Counted from the stretch's first letter, positions 21,301-32,227 are shown. The stretch: DNA of 64,000 bases from an uncultured cyanobacterium (GCA_963718615.1 OY970368.1:3936001-4000000), one strand, 5' to 3'. The notes: generated by a model not told the origin, from the letters alone. A program made the numbers and translations.

Positions 21301-21447
21301 TCCAAGAAATCTCTAGCCCAAGAAACGTCGGTGCAAAAACATCAAGTTCCCCGAAGCAGCTCACGCACAGGCCAGAAACCTGAGCTACGATAACGCCAAA
21401 GCCTGATTATTCCTGGCTTATCCTTGCTTCATCCCGGTGGTATTGAT

Positions 21448-21735
21448 ATGGAAAATAGTCCCTTCAGCGCTACGCCTCCCGCCTGGGCACAAGAGGCCCA
21501 GCACGCCACCGGATTCCATTGTCCCCGCTGTCATGGCACAAGCCAGGAAGCTAACGCTGTTTGGATTAATCGGCGATCGCCCGTCTACATCGAAGGCCTC
21601 TATCGCCGCAAGTGGCAAGAATTTTATCAATGCAATTGCGGCACCAGTTGGTGGGGATGGAGTAGCGATCGCCCCACCCCCGACTGGCTCAAAGCCCGCA
21701 ACGCCGAGCTCGAATCCCCCGAAAGTGAAGGATAA
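21448..21735 (+). CDS. Small putative Zn-ribbon protein
   Basis: CPRC ... C.CG pattern with WINRRSPV and KWQEFY.C.CG..WW.WSSDRP, which I recall from cyanobacterial hypotheticals. Confidence 0.75.
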   Translation: MENSPFSATPPAWAQEAQHATGFHCPRCHGTSQEANAVWINRRSPVYIEGLYRRKWQEFYQCNCGTSWWGWSSDRPTPDWLKARNAELESPESEG

Positions 21736-21763
21736 CAGCACCAGCCCCCTCAAGCCTTGGGAA

Positions 21764-23152
21764 TTAACGACCCACGCCAATGTAATGGAAACCGGCCTTC
21801 TCCATCACTTCCCGGTGTAGGAAGTTGCGACCATCGATCATCACAGGATTATTCATCAGCTTGGCCATCTTGCCATAGTCCAACCCTTGGAACTGCTGCC
21901 ACTCGGTCACCAGCACCAGCGCATCGCAACTATCTGCCAAACGCTCAGGATCGGTTTCGACAATCACACCGGACAGGCCATGGCGTAGACCCGACTGAGA
22001 CACAATTGGGTCAAAGGCTTTGACCTTCGCGCCCAAGCGATTGAGGTGCTCGATCATAATCAGCGCAGGGGCATCGCGCATGTCGTCGGTGTCCGCTTTG
22101 AAAGTTAGACCCAAAAGACCCACGGTTTTCCCTTTGAGGATTTTGAGCTCATGCTGGAGTTTTTCCAGGGCTACCAAACGCTGACGGCTGTTGACATCAA
22201 TCGTTGCCTTGAGCAGTTCAGCCTCATAGCCGTAGTCATCGGCAGTGTGAACCAATGCAGACACATCTTTGGGGAAGCAGGACCCCCCCCAGCCAATGCC
22301 CGCATTGAGGAACTTGTCACCAATGCGGGAATCGAGACCAATCCCCTTGGCCACTTGGGTGACGTCGGCACCGACGCGATCGCAAATATTCGCCACTTCG
22401 TTAATGAAGCTAATCTTCGTCGCCAAAAACGCATTGGCCGCGTACTTGATCATTTCCGCCGAGTTCAGGTCCGTGACCACGACGGGAACCTTGGGCTCAC
22501 TTTGCTGTTCTGCAAACTGGCGGTTGACAATGGGTTCGTAGAGTTCTTCCATCATGGCGATCGCCCGAGAGCTATTGCTGCCTAGAACAATGCGATCGGG
22601 ATTAAACGTATCGTAAACCGCCGAGCCTTCCCGCAAAAATTCAGGGTTACTCACCACATCGAAGGCAACTTTCAGCTCATTGTCCGAACCTGCACCGCCG
22701 CCCGCAGGAACAAGCTCCTTCTGCCGTTCCTTAGCCCCATCCATCACAATCATCCGAACCCAGTCCCCGGAACCAATGGGCACGGTGGATTTATTAACGA
22801 TGACCTTATAGCTGCTGCCATCAAGGTGAGAGCCAATGCCCTTGGCCACGGCTTCGACATAGCGAGTGTCGCTTTCCCCGGTGGGCAGTGCAGGAGTTCC
22901 CACTGCAATAAAAAGGATATCGCCATGGGCAACCCCAGCCCCTAGATCGCTGGAAAATTGCAAACGGCCTTCCTGCATGGAAGACTTCATGATTTCCGAC
23001 AGACCCGGCTCATAAATCGGAGACTGACCAGACTGCATCAACTTTACTTTTTCTTCATTGTTGTCGATACAGATTACTTCATGGCCTGCATGGGATAAGC
23101 AAGCCCCTGTCACCAAACCCACGTAACCGGTGCCAATTACACAAACACGCAT
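21764..23152 (-). CDS. ugd: UDP-glucose 6-dehydrogenase
   Basis: VIGTGYVGL, SNPEFLREG, catalytic GGSCFPKD. Confidence 0.96.
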   Translation of the reverse strand: MRVCVIGTGYVGLVTGACLSHAGHEVICIDNNEEKVKLMQSGQSPIYEPGLSEIMKSSMQEGRLQFSSDLGAGVAHGDILFIAVGTPALPTGESDTRYVEAVAKGIGSHLDGSSYKVIVNKSTVPIGSGDWVRMIVMDGAKERQKELVPAGGGAGSDNELKVAFDVVSNPEFLREGSAVYDTFNPDRIVLGSNSSRAIAMMEELYEPIVNRQFAEQQSEPKVPVVVTDLNSAEMIKYAANAFLATKISFINEVANICDRVGADVTQVAKGIGLDSRIGDKFLNAGIGWGGSCFPKDVSALVHTADDYGYEAELLKATIDVNSRQRLVALEKLQHELKILKGKTVGLLGLTFKADTDDMRDAPALIMIEHLNRLGAKVKAFDPIVSQSGLRHGLSGVIVETDPERLADSCDALVLVTEWQQFQGLDYGKMAKLMNNPVMIDGRNFLHREVMEKAGFHYIGVGR

Positions 23153-23219
23153 GGACAGTCATCCTCAAAAGTCGATAGAACAAAGCAAAGCATTTCTCAA
23201 ATCCAACCGTTACCAACCC

Positions 23220-24182
23220 CTAGGCCACCGAAGAGAGTTCGGTTTTGCCTTCTTCAGCGGTCAAGCGAGCCCGAAAATCCGCAATCATTGTCTCTAAGCC
23301 CTCTTGTACCGGAACCTGAGGCTCCCAGCCCAAAAGACTCTTGGCTTTGGTGATATCCGGTTTACGTCGCTTAGGGTCGTCCTGGGGCATGGGCTTATAG
23401 TGAATCTCCAAGCCAGGATTGATCTTGCCTTGGATCATCTGAGCCAGTTCCAGAATTGTGTACTCTCCAGGGTTCCCCAAATTAATCGGTCCCAGATGAT
23501 CGCCGTTCATTAGGCGCATTAGACCATCCACCAAATCCGCGACATAACAGAAACTGCGGGTTTGAGAGCCATCGCCATAAACGGTTAGGGGTTCACCCCG
23601 CAAGGCTTGGGCCACAAAATTGCTGACCACGCGGCCATCGTTTTCCAACATCCGAGGGCCATAGGTATTGAAAATTCGCGCCACTCGAATATCAACGTTG
23701 TTTTGGCGGTGATAATCAAAGCACAACGTCTCCGCCACTCGCTTGCCTTCGTCATAGCAAGAGCGAATTCCAATCGGATTGACGTTGCCGCGATACTCTT
23801 CAGATTGGGGATGAACTTCCGGATCCCCATAAACTTCTGACGTAGAAGCTAAAAGAATTCTAGCCTTGACCCGTTTCGCCAAACCCAACATATTGAGCGT
23901 TCCCATCACATTGGTCTTGATGGTTTTCACCGGGTTGTATTGATAGTGAACCGGTGACGCCGGACAGGCCAAGTGGTAAATTTGATCTACTTCCAACCGA
24001 ATCGGTTCGGTGATGTCATGGCGAATCATCTCAAAATAAGGATGATTAATCCATTTAACGATGTTTCGTTTATGACCGGTATAAAAATTATCAACGCAGA
24101 GGACATCATGTCCTTCGTTCATCAGGCGATCGATCAGGTGAGAACCAATAAAACCGGCACCGCCTGTAACTAGGATTCGCAT
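23220..24182 (-). CDS. UDP-glucuronate decarboxylase (UXS-like SDR)
   Basis: [41 protein letters not shown]; start at ATG 24182. Confidence 0.93.
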   Translation of the reverse strand: MRILVTGGAGFIGSHLIDRLMNEGHDVLCVDNFYTGHKRNIVKWINHPYFEMIRHDITEPIRLEVDQIYHLACPASPVHYQYNPVKTIKTNVMGTLNMLGLAKRVKARILLASTSEVYGDPEVHPQSEEYRGNVNPIGIRSCYDEGKRVAETLCFDYHRQNNVDIRVARIFNTYGPRMLENDGRVVSNFVAQALRGEPLTVYGDGSQTRSFCYVADLVDGLMRLMNGDHLGPINLGNPGEYTILELAQMIQGKINPGLEIHYKPMPQDDPKRRKPDITKAKSLLGWEPQVPVQEGLETMIADFRARLTAEEGKTELSSVA

Positions 24183-24699
24183 AGTGATTCGAATGTTTAA
24201 TTGGAATAGTGGCAAAGTGGTCGCCCCGAGCAGGGACGAATCGGGGGCTGAGCCTCCTAGAACTCGCGCAAGGCCCCTGAGAACCAAGTCGAGCCTTCGA
24301 CGGGTCACCTGCAAGCAAGATTCCATCCCTAGGTTGCCCAGGGATTGCCGCTGAGGGATCGAATCGCAATGGATTCGCTGGGAGGGATGCGGTAGGGATT
24401 TGCAGTACGGATTTAGCGAAGGTCGAGCGGGAGGATACAGCGATCGGTTAGCAGCGATCGGTTAGCGGAAGGACTCCGTCGGCCCAAGGGCAAACGGATT
24501 TACATCTTGAAAAAGATTGATACATAAAAACTTAACAGTTTGGCGAAGAAAAGTTTTTGCCATCGGGTCAAGGACGAGAGAATTTATCGAAGCTTCATCT
24601 AGATTAAGACTCAGCCGGATTGAACGAGGGACTGAGCCTCCCTTTAGGAAATCCGCGATTGTACGGTGATGTTCTCACTCAAGCACTCCGACTGGAATC

Positions 24700-25122
24700 G
24701 TGACCATGACGTTTAAATCTGGCAATCTGGCCCTGAACCCATCGACGGGCGATCGCCCCCAATCTTTGTGGCTGATCTCAGCGGGCATCTACGCTACGCT
24801 TTTTGGCCTGACACTCTGGCTGGCCTATACCAACCAGTTGCCCGACTGGTTTCGAGACATTCCCTATTACGACAAGATCGGCCACGTCAGCCTGTACGCG
24901 ATCGCGACCTATCTCGGCCATCGGTTATTGCGATCGCGCTACCTCCAATTGCACCGCTGGCGGTTGCCCCTATTTCCCGCTCTCTTTGGCTGCTTTACCG
25001 TGACGGAAGAGCTCCTGCAAGGTTTGTCTCCCTACCGGACGCTAGATGCCCTGGATTTGGTCTGTAGTGGTTTAGGGATTGCCCTGGGCTACTGGTTAGT
25101 GGAGCGAAAGAGAGCGGTATGA
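24700..25122 (+). CDS. VanZ-like membrane protein
   Basis: DKIGH..LY, EELLQ...P.RT.D..DL; hydrophobic helices. Confidence 0.8.
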   Translation: MTMTFKSGNLALNPSTGDRPQSLWLISAGIYATLFGLTLWLAYTNQLPDWFRDIPYYDKIGHVSLYAIATYLGHRLLRSRYLQLHRWRLPLFPALFGCFTVTEELLQGLSPYRTLDALDLVCSGLGIALGYWLVERKRAV

Positions 25123-25134
25123 TATTTTCGGTCT

Positions 25135-25818
25135 GTGTCTGTGGGATCGATGTCTGATTCAGGGTCCGTATCGGGGTCTGCCCCATCGAGTGTATCTGCT
25201 TTATCTGCGCTGATTGCGCCTCCCCTCCAAATTGGGCCAGCGGGAGATCCGGTCCGGCTAGGAATTTTGGCATCTGGGAATGGCAGCAACTTTGAGGCCG
25301 TTGCTGAGGCGATCGCCTCAGGTCAGCTCAATGCCCAAATCCAAGTTTTGATTTACAACAATCCCGAGGCCAAGGCGGCTGAGCGAGCCCAGCGCTGGAA
25401 TGTTCCTGCGGTTCTGCTCAACCATCGAGCCTTTGAAAATCGTGAGGCCCTAGATACCGAGATTGCGAAGACGCTCCAGCATTACCAGGTGGATTGGGTG
25501 ATTATGGCGGGCTGGATGCGCATCGTCACCCAGACGCTGCTAGATGCCTTTCCCCTGCGGATGATTAATATCCATCCCAGTCTATTGCCGAGCTTCAAGG
25601 GCATTCGGGCGATCGAGCAAGCCCTCGACAGTGGGGTCAAGATCACGGGATGTACGGTGCATCTGGTGACGCTGGATATGGACAGTGGCCCCATTTTGAT
25701 GCAGGCGGCAGTGCCGATTCTGGCGGACGATGATGCCACCAGTTTGCACCAACGCGTCCAGGAACAGGAGCATCTGATTTTGCCAGCGGCGATCGCCCAC
25801 GCGGTTGAATCGGCCTAG
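25135..25818 (+). CDS. purN: Phosphoribosylglycinamide formyltransferase
   Basis: LASGNGSNF, MAGWMRI, INIHPSLLPSFKG, GCTVH, DSGPI. Confidence 0.95.
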   Translation: MSVGSMSDSGSVSGSAPSSVSALSALIAPPLQIGPAGDPVRLGILASGNGSNFEAVAEAIASGQLNAQIQVLIYNNPEAKAAERAQRWNVPAVLLNHRAFENREALDTEIAKTLQHYQVDWVIMAGWMRIVTQTLLDAFPLRMINIHPSLLPSFKGIRAIEQALDSGVKITGCTVHLVTLDMDSGPILMQAAVPILADDDATSLHQRVQEQEHLILPAAIAHAVESA

Positions 25819-25931
25819 AGACTTAAGGCTCAAGCCTCAAGACTCAAGACTTAATTGGGTGTTTTGGCGGTACATCAGGATCCCTGTTCCTCTGCTAAGG
25901 TGAGGGCTCAACTGTTGTTAATGATGCACTC

Positions 25932-28082
25932 ATGACCGCGATCGTCCCGCCGGAGCAAGCCCCTAAAAAGTTCCGCTTTGACAAACGGCTTTGGCAGCAA
26001 TTTATTGAAGTTGCGCAACCCTATTTCTATCCGATCGAGGCCTATAGCACCCGCCGCTTTCTGGTGCTGGTGGGGCTTCAGCTGCTTTTTGTCATGGGCT
26101 TCACGTTTTTTCTGGTGGTCGGATTGGCCTTGCTAGGGCTGCAATTCTTCCCAGAGTTTTTCAAACGGATGATTGACGATGTCAACTTCCTGGAGTTCCT
26201 TAAAGGGTTCGTGACTAGCCCAAATCCCAATCCCGATGGGGAGCTGATGCTGGCCACGTTGACAAATATTTCAGGACGGGCGCTGATTGGACAAATTCTC
26301 CAAGGTCTAGTCAAAAGTTCTATTTTTTATTGGGCGTTGGGCGCATTGTTCCTGGGAAGCGGTGGCTTTTTCGTGGTGCGCCGCAAGCTCAAACATCGCT
26401 GGCTGCAGTGGTTCTTGCTGGGAATTTTGCTGTTTTTGGCCTTTGTGGTCAGCGGTCTAAACGTTATCATTAGCTATGCCTTTCGCTTTATTGACAACTC
26501 CTTTGTCAAATTTGCTGAAGGAAAAGGCGACGCGGCAGCACAGGGGATTGCCCAATCGGAGTTCTGGCAATTTCTGGGGGTCTACGGCATTATTTTGCTG
26601 GTGGCCATTCCAATTTTGATCGGCTATGTTTATCTGCGTCAAAAGCTAGCGCTGTTTTGGCGAAAATGGTTGACCCACAAATTCCTGGGTGAATACTTTG
26701 ATCATCGCTCCTATTACGAACTGGATTCCAACGCCGCAAACACTGAAATTGACAATCCTGATCAGCGAATCACCGAAGACATTAATGCCTTTACGATTAC
26801 CGTTCTAGATTTACTCCTCGACATTCTCGGATCTCTCCTTGATCTCATTGCCTTTACCGGCATTCTCTACGGCATTTCTAAGCAGCTAACCCTTGGCTTA
26901 GCTGGCTATGTTTCGATGGGGACCATTCTGGCGATTGTCATTGGAACCCGCCTGATCAAAATCAATTTCAACCAGCTTCGGCTAGAAGGTGATTTTCGAT
27001 ACGGCATGGTTCACGTCCGCGACAATGCTGAATCCATTGCGTTCTATCGCGGTGAAGAGCTCGAACAAAAACAAGTCTCAGAACGTCTGCTGTCTGCCAT
27101 TCGCAACTACGATCTCAAGATTATTTGGCTGGCCTACTTGGGCGTTTTTCAACGCGCTTACAATTACTTTGCGCGCTTAGTGCCCTACGCACTTTTAGCC
27201 CCCTTATTCTTTAGCAATCAAATTCAGTTTGGAGTCATTGGCCAAGGGGTTTTTGCCTTTCAGATGGTTTTGAGTGCGCTCTCTTTAATTACGAACCGCA
27301 TTCAAGATATTTCAGCCTTTGCGGCCAGTATCGAACGGGTCGGGAAACTGTACGAGCATTTGCAAGACAACACCCAAGGAACGCGGGACAGTGGCAGCCA
27401 ACAGCGAATCCAAACTCACCTAGCCCCGCAATTTCGCATCCAAGACCTGACGTTGCGCACGCCCAACAACGAGCAAACACTCTTCGAGAACCTGAGTTTG
27501 ATGTTGGATTCCCAGGAACAGCTCTTGATCGTCGGACCCAGCGGCTGCGGCAAAAGCTCATTTATGCGAGCCCTCGCCGGGTTATGGAAAAACGGCAGTG
27601 GCACCATCGAACGGCCCGATAACAGCGAAATTCTGTTTTTGCCTCAAAAACCCTACATGCTGCTCGGGACCTTGCGGGAGCAGTTGGTGTATCCGAATAT
27701 GCGATCGCACATCCCCGAGTCCGAGATCCAAGAGGCCCTAAAGCTAGTCAACCTCGAAGCCCTACCGGAGCGAGTCGGTGGCCTTGAAATCGAACGGGAC
27801 TGGCCCTCGGTCTTGTCCTTAGGGGAACAGCAGCGGCTAGCCTTCGCCCGGATTCTACTCAACCAACCCAAATACGTCATGCTCGACGAAGCCACCAGCG
27901 CACTTGATGTGGTCAATGAGCGTCGCCTTTACCAATTGCTACAAAGCCTTGAGATTCTTTACATCAGTGTTGGCCATCGACCTAGCCTGCGGGACTACCA
28001 TCGCAAGGTTCTAGAGATTGGCGTCCATGAAAGGGGATGGCAAGTATTCTCAGCTCCAAAGTATCAATTTGTAGAAAGCTAA
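25932..28082 (+). CDS. ABC transporter, fused permease and ATPase (ABCD/YddA-like)
   Basis: DNPDQRI, NAESIAFYRG, GPSGCGKS, LSLGEQQR, LDEATSALD, SVGHR. Confidence 0.9.
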   Translation: MTAIVPPEQAPKKFRFDKRLWQQFIEVAQPYFYPIEAYSTRRFLVLVGLQLLFVMGFTFFLVVGLALLGLQFFPEFFKRMIDDVNFLEFLKGFVTSPNPNPDGELMLATLTNISGRALIGQILQGLVKSSIFYWALGALFLGSGGFFVVRRKLKHRWLQWFLLGILLFLAFVVSGLNVIISYAFRFIDNSFVKFAEGKGDAAAQGIAQSEFWQFLGVYGIILLVAIPILIGYVYLRQKLALFWRKWLTHKFLGEYFDHRSYYELDSNAANTEIDNPDQRITEDINAFTITVLDLLLDILGSLLDLIAFTGILYGISKQLTLGLAGYVSMGTILAIVIGTRLIKINFNQLRLEGDFRYGMVHVRDNAESIAFYRGEELEQKQVSERLLSAIRNYDLKIIWLAYLGVFQRAYNYFARLVPYALLAPLFFSNQIQFGVIGQGVFAFQMVLSALSLITNRIQDISAFAASIERVGKLYEHLQDNTQGTRDSGSQQRIQTHLAPQFRIQDLTLRTPNNEQTLFENLSLMLDSQEQLLIVGPSGCGKSSFMRALAGLWKNGSGTIERPDNSEILFLPQKPYMLLGTLREQLVYPNMRSHIPESEIQEALKLVNLEALPERVGGLEIERDWPSVLSLGEQQRLAFARILLNQPKYVMLDEATSALDVVNERRLYQLLQSLEILYISVGHRPSLRDYHRKVLEIGVHERGWQVFSAPKYQFVES

Positions 28083-28308
28083 GTCGAAATATGTAGAAAA
28101 GATAAAGGGGTCATACCCCTGAGGCCCCTATCCCCATTGTTCGCACTAGGCCAATCCAGTATTTCTATGCCAGGGAAATTTAAAGATTTTTATTTTCCTG
28201 ATTCAGTTCGGTGCGAGTTGTCTCCCTCAATGAAGGACGATCGCCCTAGCTACGAAAACAATTGTGTCCGTGGATCCACTCTCTGGGGCTGCTTGCCAAA
28301 CCTGTGCC

Positions 28309-28548
28309 ATGCTTTTCACGTCTTTATTCACTCGTTCCTCTGCTGTTTCCGGAAACTACTCCTTTGAAGCGGATCGGGGCACGGACTTAGATCGGCTCTA
28401 TCAATCGCTCGAACGTAAATTGCAGTTGGCCTACGCCATTGGCAATCGCGAACAAATTCGTAATCTAGAGGCTGAGGTAGAATCCCTCACGGGCTGGCGG
28501 TTTAGTCGCCAGCGCGCACTGCAGACGGTTTCTCGCGACGCCGCCTAG
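28309..28548 (+). CDS. Small protein with a PirA/DUF4278-like C-terminal motif
   Basis: LYQSLERKLQLAYAIGNREQIRNLEAE resembles the L.R.L.RR...A.A.G...L...LEAE motif as I recall it. Confidence 0.5.
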   Translation: MLFTSLFTRSSAVSGNYSFEADRGTDLDRLYQSLERKLQLAYAIGNREQIRNLEAEVESLTGWRFSRQRALQTVSRDAA

Positions 28549-28588
28549 AATTGCGATGCCGCCGATAATTGCGACGCCGCCTAGAATT
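28535..28588. repeat. 3 x 18-bp tandem repeat
   Basis: GCGACGCCGCCTAGAATT / GCGATGCCGCCGATAATT / GCGACGCCGCCTAGAATT. Confidence 0.9.
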
Positions 28589-29622
28589 TAAGCAGACGTC
28601 CGTTGTAGCTCATCCAGTAGCCGTTGAGCCGCTGCTTGAGGGGATAGTTTGCTGATATCTAAGGACCGTAAGGGCTCCGAGCGACGGGCCAAGTCGTACC
28701 GATAGGTTCGATCGTAATAATCCAAAACAATGGCGATCGCCGGTTCCAGCCGCCCTTGACGAATCCAATCGATGGCCGCCTGAGTTCGTTGCGGTCCAAG
28801 ACGCTTACGAATGCGTTCAGTCGCCACAATTAAGGCTTCTCCTCCTGCTTCCCCATAGAGCTGCGCCAAGAGCTGAATCCGTTCCCCCAGGGATCGCTGA
28901 ATTTCCCAGATGGGCGATCGCCCCATCTGCTGCCAAATCTCTGGGGGAATCCGGCAACGTCCTACCTGGGCGCTCTCCGCCTCAATCCAAATGGGCCGCT
29001 CCGGGGAAAAATGCTGCCAAGTCCAGGCAATTAAATTTTCGTACTGCTCGGTGCTGGGCTGGGGGGGAAGCCCTAAATTGCCATAGCTACTGCCCCGATG
29101 GTTGGCTAGTCCCTCCAAATCGAGTACCTGCTCCCCTTGGGCTTGCAGCGCCTGCAAAATTTCCGTTTTTCCCGTGCCCGTCATACCGCCCAAAATCAGC
29201 AGCGATCGCGGTTCCGCCAAGACACGACGAACCCAGCCCCGAAAGGCCTTGTAGCCCCCCACCAACAGCACCGACTCAAACCCCGCTGTTTCCATCAGCC
29301 AGGCCATACTGCTGCTGCGCATGCCGCCTCGCCAGCAGTGCAACCGTAGCGATCGCCCCCCCCCCAGCTCAGCGGTTAACCCCTTAGCCTGCTGCACAAA
29401 ATCAGCCAATTTGGGTCCGACGAAACCCAATCCCAACTCTACCGCCGCTTCTCTCCCCTGCTGCTGATAGCAAGTGCCCACAGCGGCCCGCTCCCGATCG
29501 CTAAACAGCGGCAAATTCACCGCGCCGGGAATATGGGCTTGATGATATTCCCCCGGACTACGGACATCCAGAATCGGCCCCGGCGCAGCGGAAAATGCAT
29601 CAAACTCCAGAACGGAAGCCAT
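28588..29622 (-). CDS. mnmH: tRNA 2-selenouridine(34) synthase
   Basis: Rhodanese DVRSP.EY...HIPGA, CWRGGMRS, P-loop GMTGTGKT, LEGLANHRGSSYG. Confidence 0.92.
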   Translation of the reverse strand: MASVLEFDAFSAAPGPILDVRSPGEYHQAHIPGAVNLPLFSDRERAAVGTCYQQQGREAAVELGLGFVGPKLADFVQQAKGLTAELGGGRSLRLHCWRGGMRSSSMAWLMETAGFESVLLVGGYKAFRGWVRRVLAEPRSLLILGGMTGTGKTEILQALQAQGEQVLDLEGLANHRGSSYGNLGLPPQPSTEQYENLIAWTWQHFSPERPIWIEAESAQVGRCRIPPEIWQQMGRSPIWEIQRSLGERIQLLAQLYGEAGGEALIVATERIRKRLGPQRTQAAIDWIRQGRLEPAIAIVLDYYDRTYRYDLARRSEPLRSLDISKLSPQAAAQRLLDELQRTSA

Positions 29623-29628
29623 GGCTGC

Positions 29629-30141
29629 TTAGGCGATCGCCAAATACTGCTCGTTCAAGCGTCCCACAAAGTCCTGCACCGTAGTACCTTCAAACAGCAG
29701 AATGGGCTCTTCCATCGCCAAGCCCAAGTCCTGCTGCAAATCCGCTTGCAGTTGCAGCTCCCAGTCAAACCAACAAACCAAGGGCAAATGCAAATCCTCT
29801 AGGAGGCGATCGCCCGGCACAATCCGCTCCCACCACAGACCCGAATAGTCCGTCAGGTGACCCTGGACAAACCGAACCACAGGCAGCGCTATGCCTTGGC
29901 GTCGCCAAAACTGTTCAAACCACGCTTCCGGGTGAAACGTAGGACGAGATTGCAGCAGCGTTCGGTTGATATGACTCCGGAGCTTAAAGTCCGGTCGCAT
30001 GTCACTGTAACTGCTAAGACTGAGCCAAGTTTGTTGAATAGACTGCAACATGCACCGCACTGAATAATCATGGGCGAGCCCAAGGGAAACCTTAGCCAAA
30101 TCGGAGAATGAATTCAAGGATTGGGATCTGGACTCCCGCAA
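29629..30141 (-). CDS. Hypothetical protein; start uncertain
   Basis: ORF fills the gap between the Hpt gene and mnmH on the same strand; YSGL...RI.P.DRL.EDL.LPLVCWFDW. Confidence 0.65.
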   Translation of the reverse strand: MRESRSQSLNSFSDLAKVSLGLAHDYSVRCMLQSIQQTWLSLSSYSDMRPDFKLRSHINRTLLQSRPTFHPEAWFEQFWRRQGIALPVVRFVQGHLTDYSGLWWERIVPGDRLLEDLHLPLVCWFDWELQLQADLQQDLGLAMEEPILLFEGTTVQDFVGRLNEQYLAIA

Positions 30142-30171
30142 TGGTCTCTAGGTCTATTATTCCCTGCTTTT

Positions 30172-31110
30172 TCAAGCGCCCTTAATAAATCGGACGAGAA
30201 TTTGAGCAAGTTGTACGAGTTGTTTGCGGTCTAGGGTTTCGATCAAATGTTTGGCGATCGCCGTTGGATCCTCCGGCAAAACAGCCTGGGCAGGGGTCGC
30301 CACTACAGTGGCCACAGGTACAGGTGCGGATGCAGGTGCGGATGCAGGTGCGGGGCTCGGTTCAGGCCCAGCTAGCTTGCTCAAGGTCGCCGAGGGCAGC
30401 ACAGAATGCCCCTTATTGGCCACAATGAGATCGCTCGCCTCCTTAATTTCCTTAATGATGACGGGAGCCAGTTCTCGATAGGATGCCGCTGGATTTTGAA
30501 TCGCACGCTGGGCCGTTTTTAACAGCAGTGGCCAAGCCTCGACCCCCGGATCAAGCTGGGCCAGTTGGGCGCAATATTGATGCAACTGCTCTCGTCCCTG
30601 GGTGCTATCCGGCTGTCGAAAAATTTGCAGCATCTGCTTAAGACAGGCGGTAACCTGGCTGGCAAAGCGCGGCGGAATCACGCCACTGCCTCCCCCAGCG
30701 AGCTGACGCAGATAGTCCTGGAGCTGAAGAAAGACCGGCTCTACTTCCTGCACCGTTTTTTGGGCTTCCTCCTCAGGCAACCCATTCGGCCCTTGCAGCT
30801 TTTCCACGAGCTCATGGAGCGTATCAAAACCCCGCAAAAACAGGGATTCCACCTGTTGATCAACCCGCACCGGGGCCTCTTGCAGCAGCTTGAAGCAATC
30901 TTCCAAACGATGGGCGACCTTATGAATACTGTTAAGGCTGAGCATGGCCGCATCCCCCTTAACCGAGTGGGCGGCTCGAAACAGCTCATTCACCTGTTCC
31001 GGATCTGCTAAGGCGGCTTGAAGATTGAGCAACCCTCGTTCAATCGTGTCTAGGTGCTCCCGCGCCCCTTCAATGAAAAACCCTAAAACTCGCTGTTTTT
31101 CGGCGTCCAC
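30172..31110 (-). CDS. Stand-alone Hpt (CheA P1-like) domain protein
   Basis: F.E.AREHL..IE.GLL, LFRAAHSVKG.A.M, AH.LED; no kinase domain. Confidence 0.85.
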   Translation of the reverse strand: MDAEKQRVLGFFIEGAREHLDTIERGLLNLQAALADPEQVNELFRAAHSVKGDAAMLSLNSIHKVAHRLEDCFKLLQEAPVRVDQQVESLFLRGFDTLHELVEKLQGPNGLPEEEAQKTVQEVEPVFLQLQDYLRQLAGGGSGVIPPRFASQVTACLKQMLQIFRQPDSTQGREQLHQYCAQLAQLDPGVEAWPLLLKTAQRAIQNPAASYRELAPVIIKEIKEASDLIVANKGHSVLPSATLSKLAGPEPSPAPASAPASAPVPVATVVATPAQAVLPEDPTAIAKHLIETLDRKQLVQLAQILVRFIKGA

Positions 31111-31368
31111 GGCAGTTTTCCTCTATTGCTTGAAGGCAGGTCCGGAACTGCGATCTTAGCCTCACAATTCCACGTTGACCACTGGAAGAAAGATTACGAT
31201 TGGTTCAATTCATCCCGAAGCTTCGGGGTGAACGTTTATATTGTTCCCGAAGCCGCCGCTCGGAGAGACATCCGTGCTACACACTAGAGCCGCTGAACTC
31301 GCTTCCGTGCCACACTGGTACCTGATGAAGTTTGGGGTTACGAGCGGCATAGCGAGATTGTGGCGATC

Positions 31369-32058
31369 ATGAGCAAGATTTTAGTCGTTGACGATGACAT
31401 TACTTTACGGGCGGCGCTGTCGCGCTATCTCATGAATCGGCAGTTTGTCGTGTTTGACGCTGGTTCAGGGGAAGAAGGGCTGGAGCGTTTTCGCTCCTCT
31501 CCTCCGGACTTAGTGGTTTCTGACATCATCATGCCTGGTATGGACGGGTTTGAATTTTGTCGGCAGCTACGCTCGATCCAGGAAGGGCAGCTCGTACCGT
31601 TTATTTTTCTGTCCAGTCGAGGGGATATCGAAGACCGGATCCAAGGTCACTCCATTGGCGCAGATGATTATCTCATTAAGCCCTTTGAGCCCCGTGAGTT
31701 ATTGGCCAAGATTGAAGGGCAGTTGGAGCGATCGCGTCGGATTCACGCCGAAATGCAGCGGCTTTTGCAACAGACCCCTGTGGCAACCGCAAGCCCCACC
31801 CCACCCCCCAAACCCTTACCGCTGACCCCCGCCGAAGAGAAGGTGTTTTGGGAAGTGGTCCAAGGCTACACCAACCGTCAAATTGGCGAACGTCTCTTCA
31901 TTAGCCCGCGTACGGTTCAGACCCATCTCAGCAACATTCTCAGCAAGCTCAATTTGGACAACCGAGCCCAGCTCGTCCGCTATGCCTATGAACGGGGCTA
32001 TCAGCCTCCGACTTCGTCACGGGTGGGCGACCCCAATCCAGCAGAGGAAGCCTGCTAG
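31369..32058 (+). CDS. NarL/LuxR-family response regulator
   Basis: ILVVDDD, SDIIMPGMDG, KPF; C-terminal HTH LTPAE..V...GYTN.QIG..LFISPRTVQTHLSNI. Confidence 0.92.
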   Translation: MSKILVVDDDITLRAALSRYLMNRQFVVFDAGSGEEGLERFRSSPPDLVVSDIIMPGMDGFEFCRQLRSIQEGQLVPFIFLSSRGDIEDRIQGHSIGADDYLIKPFEPRELLAKIEGQLERSRRIHAEMQRLLQQTPVATASPTPPPKPLPLTPAEEKVFWEVVQGYTNRQIGERLFISPRTVQTHLSNILSKLNLDNRAQLVRYAYERGYQPPTSSRVGDPNPAEEAC

Positions 32059-32227
32059 AAGCCGATTCACCTGCTAGAAGCCTATTCAAAAGTTTTGAAG
32101 CAATTCTGGGACAATCTTTGGGCTAGGCCCCTCGCGAGTTGGCATCATCTCTGGTCGGAGTACGGTAAAGGATCCTGATAGTATTAAGGTGCCGAATCGT
32201 AGGTGATTCCTACCTCCATCTACCCCG

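Noticed and set aside
28535-28588. Repeat run considered as a mini-CRISPR
   Set aside because: Units abut with no spacers, are only 18 bp, and no cas genes are present
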